Positions 30,901-38,513 of a stretch of DNA of 64,000 nucleotides are shown in pieces. How positions within the stretch are numbered: the first letter of the stretch is position 1; the number at the start of each line of letters is the position of its first letter. The notes beneath the pieces are model-generated. The model saw only the letters and a list, made by a program, of their open reading frames with translations, did no database searches and was not told the origin of the DNA. Made by a program: the position numbers and the translations under genes. Source of the DNA: a virus. The stretch covers positions 27,688 to 91,687 of IMG/VR virus record IMGVR_UViG_3300037780_000016, one strand, 5' to 3'.

Positions 30901-33076
30901 TCTTCAGGTCGGTAACGGTGCAGGCGATGTCCACGCCAATTATTGGACCTATGTGTATGGTCGGGAGAACCAGAACGAAGACGCCCACAAGTACGGCATT
31001 TACACTCGCCTCGATATTGAAGGGGAAGTCTCTAACTTCACGCAGGATCGGACCCGCGCGGCTATTTACGGCTATGCACTGCTGGAAGACAATTCGACCA
31101 CGGCAGACACACACGTCTCCTCCCCCGTAGGTGTTTACGGCTACGCTCTGGGGTCCAAAGGCCATGCCGACACCATGTATGGTGTGTACGGCTTTGCCAA
31201 CAACAATGGCGGGGCCGACACCGATGTGAACACGATCTACGGCGGCTATTTTGAAAGCCGCGTAGACAACGCGGGTTCGACGGCGGGCACGCTTTACGGT
31301 ATCCGGGCCGTGACGCGACTGACGAACGAGGTTGACGGCAGCGTGGTGGCCAATGCGGTCCACGGCCTGTTGAACGTGGACGGCGGCACCATGTCCACCG
31401 CCCGCATGCTGTACGGCACGGCAGACGTCGAGGTAGGTGCTACGGTAACGACCCTGTACGGCCTGCACCTCGACATGCAGAACAGAATGGACGGTACGGT
31501 CACGAACCGTCGGGGTATCTGGCTCGAAGGAAACACGACGTACCTGACCAACTCGATTGGCGGTCGGACGTACTTCGGCAACGCTGAAGGCTACGTCAAC
31601 CCGGACAGCCCCTACGTCGCGCACTTCGAGAATGAAGCCAACGTCCTCGTGACCCTGATCCAAGGTCCGTCCGACGGATCTGGTGTTTATACCCGGTATA
31701 GCCGAGGCACGGCGTATTCGTGGGATGTCGGCTTCGACAGCACGTCGGACTTCTTGTTCCGCCCGAACGGCACATCGACTGCGATGAAGTTCGACTACGA
31801 CATGCTGCCGATTTCGTTCAACACCGTCGGTCTGGTGATGGACGGGAAGCAGGCGCTCAGTGGCACCGATAGCTGGCTGCGCCTTAACAGCGGTGGCCAG
31901 TTCACGTCCGGCATCTACTGTGCCAGCTCTCAGGTCCGCACGGACAACGAGTTCCGGGTCCGGGGCCTCGGTGCCACGTATTTCCGTGGACACGAGCTGA
32001 CGATCCAATCTGACAGCGGGGTCTTGAACCGCATCCGGGTCCGTGGCCAAGGCACCGGTTACACGACCGCCAACGTCCTTCTCGAAGATGATAGCGGCTC
32101 GACCGTTCGCGGTATGGGCATGTTCATGTACAACCGGGCCTCGGGCAAGGAGTGGTACTTCGGACAGCCGTATAACGGCGACGAGACGTACTCCGGCGTC
32201 TACTACTCGTATCAGTCCAACGGCTCTGAGGGTGCGGAGACTTCCGACGTTTCGAACTATATCGTCGAGTTCCACAACAATGGTCAGGTGCGGTTCCAGA
32301 ACGGCACGTCCAGCCTTCCGTCCATCGCGTTCCATGACAATCCGGACTGCGGCTTCCGCCTGTCTTCCAATGAAATCATCGTCGGCTCGGACGGCAACAA
32401 CGTCATGGGCTGGAAGCCGGGTCGGATTGAGGTCTACAACAACTCGATCATCGACTTCAATTCGCACACCGGCTCCCGCACGATGATGGAGCTTGAAGGC
32501 CGGGCGATCATGAACCAGATGTCGGATCGGGGTGCACTGCTGCTTCGCTCTGCTGATGACAGCTTGAACCTGTACGCAGGTGACAGCCACGCAAACATGA
32601 CGGACAACGTCGGTCTGACCGGTGAAGACATTCACATGGGCGCTGAAGGTCAGTTCGAGTTGTACACGAACCTTCAGAACGGCTGGGCGAACCGGGAGAG
32701 CCTGACGTTCTCGGCAGCCGGTGTTCTGACGTCGTCCGGTACGGTGGTTCAGCAATCGGACCAGCGCCTGAAGCATTCTATCCGGGACTGGGACTTCGAT
32801 GTCTCCGCGATCATCGACGGTATCCGCCCCCGCCGGTATGGCTGGAACAACGCGTTCAAGTCTCAGGATGATTTCGGTCTGATCGCTCAGGAACTTCAAG
32901 AAGTGTTCCCCAGCGCGGTCCAAGAAGACGAAGACGGCACCCTGTCCGTGGATTACAGCCGCCTCTCTGTGGTCGCCATCGCGGCGATCAAGGAGGAGCG
33001 AACCCGGGTTCAAAAGCTGGAAGACAAGGTCGCTGAGCTGGCAGAGGTGGTCGCGAAGCTGGTGGAGGCCGCGTAA
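21956..33076 (+). CDS. Giant central tail fibre / host-specificity protein J (3706 aa) with C-terminal intramolecular chaperone
   Basis: Lambda J-like N-terminus (KEAPDSLRS, LSEGP..G, FSGNWDGTFK); FN3-like domains and coiled coils; C-terminal SDQRLK...GLIAQEL...VDYSRL (peptidase S74-like). Confidence 0.92.
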   Translation: MKSEIDLSVEFHKPVAIEGAGGKGGGGGGKEAPDSLRSNSSGKLQHILSEGPCGGIEGGLEGVHYNETPLMVGSQKNFKGVLMYENFGRGDQASMPGFDAVTNVVQVQQAVTQASGGYAVAFTDAQVTAVKVTISTSSFFEADDKGNVNGSSVTFAIDLSLGGGAFNQVATGTITGKTRTKYERDIRIPIDSPGQVSVRLRRVTADSSSLKIENTISFERYTRVIEHRLNYPFLATAGHIFDAKQFGNRIPQVQYRFKGRKVKVFSNMDGAARTFSGNWDGTFKVAEEWTTCPVLIFRDLVLNKRYGLGKHVPESLLDGPTLYQLSQFCAELVPDGSGGQEHRFSTNVVLNRRSEAFNLLQQLTAAFRSMLFWMDAKLWLLSDQDRDPVKVVTNANVIGGKFTYAGESNKQRYSVVNVSYTRDDDYFRKGVEVVEDRELIKELGWKPTDLGTLGVSSRGQARRLGLYLLNDQEREGELVTYQASFDHLQVAAGDGPSGVAPGSRILIADKERGNALVQGRATGVSGSDITLDRDTGETGTGNGTLYMETDEGVMESVACTYTGSVVTATEAFTGTPASGNLFILVTGVSVAEEFTVVNVTEKDKNTIEVVAKKFDSTKWARIDNDTPTVGPDIMQRPSPEYVEAPTAFDAQINWVTHTDHLEKKLDIDWTDSTDELLDNYMVLYQHNNGNWKVLEASTSTSNIILEKAETGTYNFQIYAVNSAGRQSLPLEGSIVVPAVPPTVDNAVGTVSNLALDEGGTEFTGHSAKFNWNVNSPTGVAIQDEIGGTQNTGAIDPNFRDCLVTVKRTDDTVLRTESVVGNHYVYTSEKNTEDNFELDASAPVRNFKVEVQYRDKFNRVSTAEVITVSNPAPAAPTLSTETVPRGVMLTATSPTDLDWAGARVWTKDTASINPASDPYTDYGRVNAFFIPVNPGATKYFRVAFFDEFGKTTGELNVSAEGSASVPLVGNTDIGAGVIAIDRLVQTAQDRINAIPNIESDISTLQSDLGTAQSDLDAAERLLDATNWGAIVANMEPIHPDLQWSGGTELSAVLTSGGSRATESTVNGDLQLVTNATGSQYLYLDNLVANGLPAEVAGDLSYADARYLVLEFTPTVDAGNDFTTHLRAAFRTNSADSANWFDPVTGTSNDQLVVGRRYTVVWDLFGKTATSGQVWGSAAPDRIWFEWQDGNAIGNTAIIHKVALMSSGDVMTAYSRARITDNETLTADHASRINTLEASDGTNTSAISSLQSVQSDHATRINNIETTQGTYGSRITTVENTTASQATAITNLETTSAWVAGGTIPPGHGHVGMTGDLTFEANMLTTGANDGEIKVTGTYYEHPTAGRRSTSAAFDINTPYEGNTSGFQTRAYLICSNVACPTRFSGWDGVSSNGAEHFFLAVYYESSGSWTAFGNTTSHPYTPLDSDVVVAVLTKPNTASGGIDTLTSLVTQTGNLDGRVGSAESSITILNTTTGNQATAISNLETAVGTPSGGDLFSRIATVETTSVGNASRLSLVEVGQYEQYRTGLSMNAVDQRIVMDDYAIVDIVAMEDNVTVYQNGSVLTTLTNRGDVYSLSVGNQTKGDILTSDKPTAMYDRGGYPLPHLGFKGRQFIAKQTRAANIELNIYSEEDAFALIYVRNNTNSEAHPNPARVPTPTADLSAGLSGGAVTTITLDAATYGFVDGDNVSVYIQASTDVVVMCRDGDSADDHSIVPPVSRRVLNARANEFNTFDSVATWTTNSSSATANGDIYYFYDSDVPGSTFEAGDGSGTANAHGLPYEALGDTYIIPANTALEVTVVAVEPCIVDVTNVGNTIQQSLDFTAASFTNPVAISIEEQTTGTYPWSGQAVTLKSRDGTPFGVRIDDNDADEMWLLGYRESLQQNFVGGRVGVVEKVTKDNASRLTTVETTAGNNSSAISTLQTTTGNNATAISAIQTSIGTDDAQGNLFSRIATVESTSAANASRITTTEIQINGALPLLPQGGNLAQDASHWYMPTTNDSSGTFTGADLDAHANMTAATVGTATAGSDTGTGLQGYDGRWMFTRYAIPVDTSRRYRMRVKVLFPTGVGGNFYAGLATLDGSYNAITGGAGTHRYFVGSFSQSSNAGTIATFEGEITGEGDLATQFRAGTQYVRPMIITSYNTTATPQPIVLSIDFDDVTEEVNLGSRTAIVEEALWDGSETRARIMFLADAGTGAVAAGWLTSSANPNGVVQSEVGWAADKFLVYNSQTTNNDPVFAIDTQANKVRILGDLIADGSIEGTSIKAGSIVQVGTGDLISGTSIYDRASMAGHNNGDYRFWAGGLSGAGANFSVDREGAITARKITILSEDGTTVWFDSVNGFSAVAIAQINANTATRVSSVVGTPANNTTHTDFSLTDDPASTNVRMNASVNTTGMSLTQTWLWGNSEPSEIFPSSLTIVIKYRDKDVGGAYTTGVTKTLTKITSGTPTSNQFRVTITTQAPYYEPDLELGGQPINIPGWKTETITDPSALVAEFTQSLAGDSDGRTWEVLVELTPTGGDLAFDTKTRTLTVDTTDGGKPFVILDNGAVPGDGNADTLDGFNSSDFGRLASAQTWTQENTFNAKAYFGDGIIVSGPGSYSSTNDTRTDVGIVLPSGAAIHGDSGTGYLRYLFEWNNNDKIVIGQTGTSLITGVSLQGGSAGGVDMYHAGIKQWETITNGFQFGDVSTRTSITSSGGGFILNHADNSDLHFRTQGNDRLIYDHSANYWQIANNGGLRFSTNSSRVKVSLYSTTSTYGIGMQSGMTYGHLNDWAMTFCFNNESDRGFWWGHESHLNSEGAMSLTTDGQLWLHNTLTVSGAWNSTSNLTVAKFRPSNYAVGNPELNIKKAGTANQWNIELWDGSSQGGVINFGSTSLQHQGNEIATQSWVNSQIGGSATLAGTNTWTGSNTFDAGILIGNLGTGIDHRFVSYNDGGAGTLIMAWSNSDWSNSFRLTASIAQVYAGNQAYNFSSSAFDLNNKNVVDVNRLQVGNGAGDVHANYWTYVYGRENQNEDAHKYGIYTRLDIEGEVSNFTQDRTRAAIYGYALLEDNSTTADTHVSSPVGVYGYALGSKGHADTMYGVYGFANNNGGADTDVNTIYGGYFESRVDNAGSTAGTLYGIRAVTRLTNEVDGSVVANAVHGLLNVDGGTMSTARMLYGTADVEVGATVTTLYGLHLDMQNRMDGTVTNRRGIWLEGNTTYLTNSIGGRTYFGNAEGYVNPDSPYVAHFENEANVLVTLIQGPSDGSGVYTRYSRGTAYSWDVGFDSTSDFLFRPNGTSTAMKFDYDMLPISFNTVGLVMDGKQALSGTDSWLRLNSGGQFTSGIYCASSQVRTDNEFRVRGLGATYFRGHELTIQSDSGVLNRIRVRGQGTGYTTANVLLEDDSGSTVRGMGMFMYNRASGKEWYFGQPYNGDETYSGVYYSYQSNGSEGAETSDVSNYIVEFHNNGQVRFQNGTSSLPSIAFHDNPDCGFRLSSNEIIVGSDGNNVMGWKPGRIEVYNNSIIDFNSHTGSRTMMELEGRAIMNQMSDRGALLLRSADDSLNLYAGDSHANMTDNVGLTGEDIHMGAEGQFELYTNLQNGWANRESLTFSAAGVLTSSGTVVQQSDQRLKHSIRDWDFDVSAIIDGIRPRRYGWNNAFKSQDDFGLIAQELQEVFPSAVQEDEDGTLSVDYSRLSVVAIAAIKEERTRVQKLEDKVAELAEVVAKLVEAA

Positions 33077-34251
33077 TGTCCGCCCCTACCGGCGTCACAG
33101 TCGGCACGATCTCCGGAAGCACAGTTCCCCTCAGTTGGACGAATGGCTCTGTCACCTCGTCCTCTGACGGGGCCTGTACGGCTGCATTCCGACAGGAGAA
33201 CCGCATCGAGCGGAGCCTCGACGGCTCAACGAACTGGATCAGCAACGGTGTTGTGGGTCCAACGGTCACCAGCACCAACGCGAATGTTCCCGACGGGAAC
33301 TGGTATTTCCGCGTCGTGGCGGTCGAGCACTGGTACGTCGATCTGGGCGGCGGTTGTAACCTGATCGTCTCGGATTGGGGAAGTTCGGTTGTCGGGCCTC
33401 ACCTGATCGGGGACGACACCTATCCCGACGCGTTCGATTTCACGGATGTCGCAAACCAAGAGAAAAGCGCTGTTGTAACGTCGAACACGATCACTGTGAC
33501 CGGCATCACCGCAGCCACCCCGATCTCGATCTCCGGAGGCATTTCCCCTGAATACCGGATCAACGGAGGGTCATGGACCAGCGCTGCCGGTAACGTGAAC
33601 AACAACGACACTGTTCAGATCAGGGCGACGAGTGCCAGTACGTTTTCTACGACGACTACCACGACGCTGGATATCGGCACGCGCACAGACGACTGGGCTA
33701 TCACCACTCAGAACCTCGGAGGCTCAGTAACCGCCCCAGCGTCCGGGACGATCAGTTACGACGACATCCGAGCATGTTGGGGGCCGAGCACGGCGACCGA
33801 TGTGGACATGAACGATTGGCGGAAGAATGGCCCGTACTGGCAGGACTTGCCGGAGAACGCGTCAGTCCCTACCGGCAACCCCTTCGACCTGTCCGACTTC
33901 TATGGCATCAAGGGCATCTGGCAGTTGTCCACCCCTGCCCCGGTGGTTATGTCGGGCGCCTCCGGAACGGGGCAAACTGCTAGTGCCAGCTACCTACCGA
34001 CGACCGCAGGTGTGGTGCCTCTGGAATTCAAGATCAGCGTCGTGTCTGGCTCGACGGCGGGATGCACGTTCAACTTGACCAACCCGTTGGACACATGGCG
34101 GGCGTTCACGACGTGGCAAATCAGCTACACTGACACCGAAGATAGCAGTATCGGGGCGACACTCCGACTGCACATTCGCCCTGTCGGTTCGACGACTGAG
34201 GTCACGCAAGACATCACCCTGAGCCTCGTTATCGGTCTCGGCGGTCCGTAA
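33076..34251 (+). CDS. Beta-rich tail-associated protein (FN3/Ig-like)
   Basis: Start overlaps the J stop; WYFRVVAV; T/S-rich. Confidence 0.65.
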   Translation: MSAPTGVTVGTISGSTVPLSWTNGSVTSSSDGACTAAFRQENRIERSLDGSTNWISNGVVGPTVTSTNANVPDGNWYFRVVAVEHWYVDLGGGCNLIVSDWGSSVVGPHLIGDDTYPDAFDFTDVANQEKSAVVTSNTITVTGITAATPISISGGISPEYRINGGSWTSAAGNVNNNDTVQIRATSASTFSTTTTTTLDIGTRTDDWAITTQNLGGSVTAPASGTISYDDIRACWGPSTATDVDMNDWRKNGPYWQDLPENASVPTGNPFDLSDFYGIKGIWQLSTPAPVVMSGASGTGQTASASYLPTTAGVVPLEFKISVVSGSTAGCTFNLTNPLDTWRAFTTWQISYTDTEDSSIGATLRLHIRPVGSTTEVTQDITLSLVIGLGGP

Positions 34252-34327
34252 AGGGCTTGAACCCGGGTGCAATCTCGCCTAGTGTCGGTCCCCATCTGGA
34301 AGCCGCAAGGCAACCCGGGCTTAACCC

Positions 34328-34606
34328 TTGGCGAACAATGGCGAACAGATGGACCCCACGAGCTACTTCCTTGACAACCCCAACCTGCTGGTCGGGATGG
34401 TGATTGTCATTGTGACGCTGACAGGTTCGGTCGGCTTCCTGTTCCGTTCTCTCCTGAAGTCCAAGGACGACCGGCTGTCTGACGAGCAGGAGAGAAGTCG
34501 TGAAGTCATTGAAGCCCTCAACCGGAACACTATCGCCCTCGACAACCTACGGGTTGCTATCTCCTCCTTGCGTGCTGCCTCGAACGGAGGTAACAATGTG
34601 GGATAA
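34328..34606 (+). CDS. Single-TM membrane protein with coiled coil (holin/antiholin candidate)
   Basis: Hydrophobic LLVGMVIVIVTLTGSVGFLF; start uncertain. Confidence 0.55.
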   Translation: MANNGEQMDPTSYFLDNPNLLVGMVIVIVTLTGSVGFLFRSLLKSKDDRLSDEQERSREVIEALNRNTIALDNLRVAISSLRAASNGGNNVG

Positions 34607-34781
34607 ATTCTGGGCATCCATCAAAGACCTGTTCGCGTATAAGCACCCCGCAGCCTGCAAAGACTGCGAGGTTTATCGCACAGAACAACGGCAGGCAGTC
34701 CAAGCGAACCGCGAAGCAAGCCGCCTCCTTGAAGAGGCCATTGCACAAATGGAACCTGTTGGAGGCCCTGTGGCGAAATGA
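34596..34781 (+). CDS. Small hypothetical protein
   Basis: GGAGG RBS before ATG 34596; CxxC motif. Confidence 0.55.
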   Translation: MWDKFWASIKDLFAYKHPAACKDCEVYRTEQRQAVQANREASRLLEEAIAQMEPVGGPVAK

Positions 34782-35329
34782 ACTGGAAGACTGTAGCCCT
34801 TCGAACGGCAGCCGCATTCGGCCTGCTGGTCCTGTTTGCCCATATCGCGACGCAAATCGTCGAGGGTATGTCGGGCACGCTGGCGAACCTCTTTGGTGTC
34901 AATCTCATTCAGGCAACCGCTGGCGCGTATGCTGTCGAGGCTTTGGCGACGTGGTCTGCCGCGATCCTGTTCGCGTTGAAGTTGGTCACGTCCAGTTACC
35001 ATCTGCCGAACTGGCGCTCTCGTCTGGATTTTCTTCGTCACTCCGCCACGCAATTCGGCGTCCTCTGGGTCGCGATCCTCTGGCTGGTGTTCTCGAACCG
35101 TATGTTCTGGCTGTTCGCGATCTATGACGACCCAAGCCTGTACGCCCAGTTTACTGACTACGAAGCCGCCGCCCGGTCGAACGTCCACGGTCTTATCGGT
35201 CTGTGGCTCAGCTTCCTGACGCAGTACATGGAGACCCATAATTTTCGACGAGCCGCGTGCGTGACCTTTGGCCTTACGGTTATGGTCGTGATCGCATTCT
35301 GGGCAGCCGCCCTCACCATCCCAGTATGA
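34778..35329 (+). CDS. Multi-pass membrane protein
   Basis: 4-5 hydrophobic segments; ATGA overlap with the previous stop. Confidence 0.7.
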   Translation: MNWKTVALRTAAAFGLLVLFAHIATQIVEGMSGTLANLFGVNLIQATAGAYAVEALATWSAAILFALKLVTSSYHLPNWRSRLDFLRHSATQFGVLWVAILWLVFSNRMFWLFAIYDDPSLYAQFTDYEAAARSNVHGLIGLWLSFLTQYMETHNFRRAACVTFGLTVMVVIAFWAAALTIPV

Positions 35330-35333
35330 CTTG

Positions 35334-35362
35334 ACCCCGGGTTCACCGCCCGGGGTTTTCTC
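35334..35362 (+). terminator. Terminator built partly from a palindrome copy
   Basis: ACCCCGGG-TTCACCG-CCCGGGGT followed by TTTCTC. Confidence 0.55.
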
Positions 35363-35429
35363 TAACCTGCTTTGGTAGAAGCCCCTTGGACCGGGCATCG
35401 GTTAAAGCGCCCCACGTAGGAGCGCCAAC

Positions 35430-36761
35430 ATGGCTGAAGACAATACCCCTGAGAATGAAACGCCGGAAGCAACGCCGGAACATATCGCAATGTTGCAAGA
35501 GGCCGTGGACCTCGACTACTCCATGCCCAGCGCGGCCACCGCTGCTGCTGGTCTGGGTGTGACCCCTTCCACCTTCAAGGCCCTGCTCAAGGAAGCCAAA
35601 GAGCTGAACCTGACGCACAGCCCGGGCCTGCACCAATTCTCCATCCTGCATGAAGACCCAAGCAAGCAGACGTATGAGGCGAGCGCCGCCGACGTGATCG
35701 CTGACCTCCGCCGGGTGCAGGAACAGAACCCTGAACGGTACATCTCCCGAAATTACTATCGGGCCGTCGGTCGCTTCGCCGAGAGCGTATGGACCCGTTA
35801 TTACGGCACCTTCAACGAGTTCCGGGCTCAGGCTGGCATCGTCACGAGCCGCCACGTCAAGAAGCTGGAACGGGACATCGCCAAGCACGCCAGCGTGTCG
35901 AACTATCGCCACCTGACGCAGCTCAAGGGCGACTATGAAGGAAAGTTCCTGAAACCGTCCACGAGCCTGATCAAGACGTTGGTCGCCTGCTCTGACCTCC
36001 ACGACAAGCGCTGCGACCCGTTCATGCGCCGGGTGTTCATCGACCACGTTCGCCGCGTCCAGCCGGACGTCATCTGTCTGGCCGGTGACATCTTCGACCT
36101 GTACGAGTTCGGCAAGTACACCCAAGACCCCCGCGAGTGCGACATCATGGGTTCGATCCAGTGGGTCCATGCCTTCCTCGCCGATCTGCGCGACGTCGCC
36201 CCCAACGCGGAAATCTGGTTCATCGAAGGCAACCACGAATTCCGTCTGCTCCGGCACCTGTCCGAAGCGACCCCGTTCATGAAGATCATCCTGTCCGAAC
36301 TGCATGACATGACGATCCCTCAGCTCCTCGGCCTCGACCGGTTCGAAGTGAACTTCGTCGCCAAGGCCGACCTCGGCACCTTCAAAGAGAGCGACATCAC
36401 CAAGGAGATCAGCCGGAACTGGCACGTCTTCTGGGACAGCATCTGCGTCGATCACTTCCCCAACGGGAAGAAGCGAGGCATGCCCGGGTTCAACGGACAC
36501 CACCACAAGCACATCTGCACGCCGCAGCATAACCTCATGTTCGGTGCGTACGAGTGGCACCAGCTTGGCGGCGGTCATATCCGCAACGCTTCCTACTGTG
36601 ACGCGGAGAGCTGGACCAACGGCTTCCTGACGGCCCACGTGAACACCGACAGCAGGCAGACGATCTTCGATTACACCGACGTCCGGGACTTCGCCTGCGC
36701 TGGCGGGAAGTTCTATGAGCGTGCCCCGGAGGAGTATGTTGCGCTGACGAACTTTGCGTGA
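35430..36761 (+). CDS. Calcineurin-like metallophosphoesterase with N-terminal putative DNA-binding region
   Basis: SDLH, GDIFD, GNHE, GHHH; N-terminal HTH-like segment and YYGTFNEFRAQAGI. Confidence 0.85.
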   Translation: MAEDNTPENETPEATPEHIAMLQEAVDLDYSMPSAATAAAGLGVTPSTFKALLKEAKELNLTHSPGLHQFSILHEDPSKQTYEASAADVIADLRRVQEQNPERYISRNYYRAVGRFAESVWTRYYGTFNEFRAQAGIVTSRHVKKLERDIAKHASVSNYRHLTQLKGDYEGKFLKPSTSLIKTLVACSDLHDKRCDPFMRRVFIDHVRRVQPDVICLAGDIFDLYEFGKYTQDPRECDIMGSIQWVHAFLADLRDVAPNAEIWFIEGNHEFRLLRHLSEATPFMKIILSELHDMTIPQLLGLDRFEVNFVAKADLGTFKESDITKEISRNWHVFWDSICVDHFPNGKKRGMPGFNGHHHKHICTPQHNLMFGAYEWHQLGGGHIRNASYCDAESWTNGFLTAHVNTDSRQTIFDYTDVRDFACAGGKFYERAPEEYVALTNFA

Positions 36762-36795
36762 TAGCTTGTCGCAGATTTGGAGTAAGGAGCCCCCT

Positions 36796-37965
36796 GTGAA
36801 GATCATTGGTATCATGGGAGCACTTTCCAGCGGCAAGACTACAGCCGCTCAGGTGCTCGTTGACGACTACGGCTTTGTCCGCCTTCGGATGGCCGACATC
36901 CTGAAGGACATGCTTCGCACCCTCGGCCTGACGGACGAAGAGGTGGACGGCAGCCTGAAGGAGGAACCGAGCGGCCTTCTTTGTGACCAGACGCCCCGTC
37001 ACGCCATGCAGACGCTGGGGACCGAATGGGGCCGCCAACTGATCGGTGATCGGGTCTGGGTGAACGCCACGGTCAAGAAGATCGCCACGATCCAAGTCAT
37101 GAACCCGGGTGCAAACATCGTCATCGACGACATCCGGTTCATGAACGAAGTCCAGATGGTCCAGAACTTTGAGCACATCGACGGCTTCGACCCACAACTT
37201 TGGCTGATCCGCCGCCCCGAAGTGGAGCCGGTCGATCACGCCTCCCTGCCCTTCCTGAAGCGCCAGCTCCTCCGCTGGAACGGCGAGTACAAGGAAGAGC
37301 ATCCGTCGGAGCGCCTGTGGCGTGACGGTTCCCAATTCGCTCGCCACACCATCCACAACCTCGAAAGCGAGACCACCTTCATGTCGAAGGTTCAGAAGAT
37401 CGCTGAGGCATACGTTGGCCTGACCAAGGTCCAGCCTGTCGAGGATCAACCCAAGGAACCTGACATGAAACTCGAAGACGCCAAGCCGCCGCTCACCGCT
37501 GCGTACCCGCCGAAACCGACCCCGGACACGCGCTACCCCCGGGGCATTCGCAATTGCAACCCGGGCAACATCGAAGCCGGTGCCGACTGGAAGGGCCTGT
37601 CCAAGACCCACTCCGGTCAGGACGACCGCTTCGCCGTGTTTTCCAACCCGAAGTGGGGCATCCGTGCGATCATGCGGACGCTGACCACCTACCGGAACAA
37701 GCACGGCCTGAATGACGTGTACGGCATCATCAAGCGCTGGGCTCCGGCGTTTGAGAACAACACCGTGGCCTACGCCACCCGCGTCGCCAAGGCTCTGGGT
37801 GTCGGCGTCAACGAGCCGCTGGGCCTCGACGGAAAGATCGTCAAGGAGCTGGCGAAGGTCATCGTGCACCACGAGAACGGCCAGCAGCCGTATCCGGACG
37901 AACTGTTCGACAAGGCGTACACCGCCGAGGGCAAATCGTGGGAGAAGGGGGTTCCTGCGGAATGA
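36796..37965 (+). CDS. dNMP kinase fused in frame to a putative cell-wall hydrolase (endolysin)
   Basis: GTG 36796 after AAGGAG. Kinase: GALSSGKTT, MQTLGTEWGR, DDIRFMNE, HPSE. Hydrolase: RGIRNCNPGNI, RWAP..EN.T.AY, HENG. In-frame internal ATG at 37465. Confidence 0.8.
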   Translation: MKIIGIMGALSSGKTTAAQVLVDDYGFVRLRMADILKDMLRTLGLTDEEVDGSLKEEPSGLLCDQTPRHAMQTLGTEWGRQLIGDRVWVNATVKKIATIQVMNPGANIVIDDIRFMNEVQMVQNFEHIDGFDPQLWLIRRPEVEPVDHASLPFLKRQLLRWNGEYKEEHPSERLWRDGSQFARHTIHNLESETTFMSKVQKIAEAYVGLTKVQPVEDQPKEPDMKLEDAKPPLTAAYPPKPTPDTRYPRGIRNCNPGNIEAGADWKGLSKTHSGQDDRFAVFSNPKWGIRAIMRTLTTYRNKHGLNDVYGIIKRWAPAFENNTVAYATRVAKALGVGVNEPLGLDGKIVKELAKVIVHHENGQQPYPDELFDKAYTAEGKSWEKGVPAE

Positions 37966-38204
37966 CCCTTTCCGGCATCCTGTCGGCGGTCACCGAGTTC
38001 TTCAAGGGGCTCGGCAAGATCGCCGACTATTTCAAGCAGCGTGACCTGATCGACACTGCTCAGGACGCCGAACGTGGACGCAACGCAGTTGAAGAGCTGC
38101 AAAACCTTGAGGAGGCCAAGTCCGATGCTGAAGAAGCTCGTGATGCTCTCGATGATGACGCTGAGCGTGACAGCCTGCGCGACCGTTTCACCCGTCCCGA
38201 GTGA
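37962..38204 (+). CDS. i-spanin (Rz-like) candidate
   Basis: N-terminal hydrophobic/amphipathic segment plus coiled coil; follows the endolysin domain. Confidence 0.6.
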   Translation: MTLSGILSAVTEFFKGLGKIADYFKQRDLIDTAQDAERGRNAVEELQNLEEAKSDAEEARDALDDDAERDSLRDRFTRPE

Positions 38205-38346
38205 TCCTGTCATCGACAGCTACTGTGAACTGTACACCCCTCCCCGCCTCACCGAAGCGGAATGGGAAAGCCTCTCCGCCGAAAGCGAGCGGATGATCCT
38301 CGACAACATCGCGGTCTACGTGGCCCGGTGTGAAGAAAGTTCTTGA
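38125..38346 (+). CDS. o-spanin (Rz1-like) lipoprotein
   Basis: GAGGAGG RBS; signal peptide MLKKLVML...VTAC with lipobox; overlaps the Rz-like gene. Confidence 0.7.
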   Translation: MLKKLVMLSMMTLSVTACATVSPVPSDPVIDSYCELYTPPRLTEAEWESLSAESERMILDNIAVYVARCEESS

Positions 38347-38363
38347 ACCCGGGTTCACGGGGG

Positions 38364-38392
38364 TTGCACCCCGATCCGGTATGAACTATAAA
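38364..38392 (+). promoter_or_regulatory. sigma70-type promoter (possibly for a small RNA)
   Basis: TTGCAC-17 bp-TATAAA, 6 bp after palindrome 38344-38357. Confidence 0.5.
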
Positions 38393-38398
38393 CGGCTC

Positions 38399-38473
38399 AG
38401 GTGTTCGCCAAGCACCTATCCGGTCCAAGGGTTCCGGCCTCGGGTTTCGCCGCCCGGGGCCGTTCCTTTTTTT
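38399..38473 (+). ncRNA. Candidate small RNA, about 75 nt
   Basis: Promoter; 5' hairpin AGGTGTT-CGCCA-AGCACCT; terminator; no ORF. Confidence 0.4.
38435..38473 (+). terminator. Rho-independent terminator
   Basis: CGGCCTCGGG / CCCGGGGCCG stem followed by TTCC and T7. Confidence 0.8.
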
Positions 38474-38484
38474 CAGGACACCGC

Positions 38485-38513
38485 TTGACTTACATTCTGG
38501 GATAGGCTAGTTT
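38485..38513 (+). promoter_or_regulatory. Promoter P2 with conserved spacer
   Basis: TTGACT-TACATTCTGGGATAGGC-TAGTTT. Confidence 0.85.

Noticed and set aside
21956-34251. Diversity-generating retroelement or invertible tail-fibre cassette
   Set aside because: No reverse transcriptase, invertase or near-identical template/variable repeat pair was seen.
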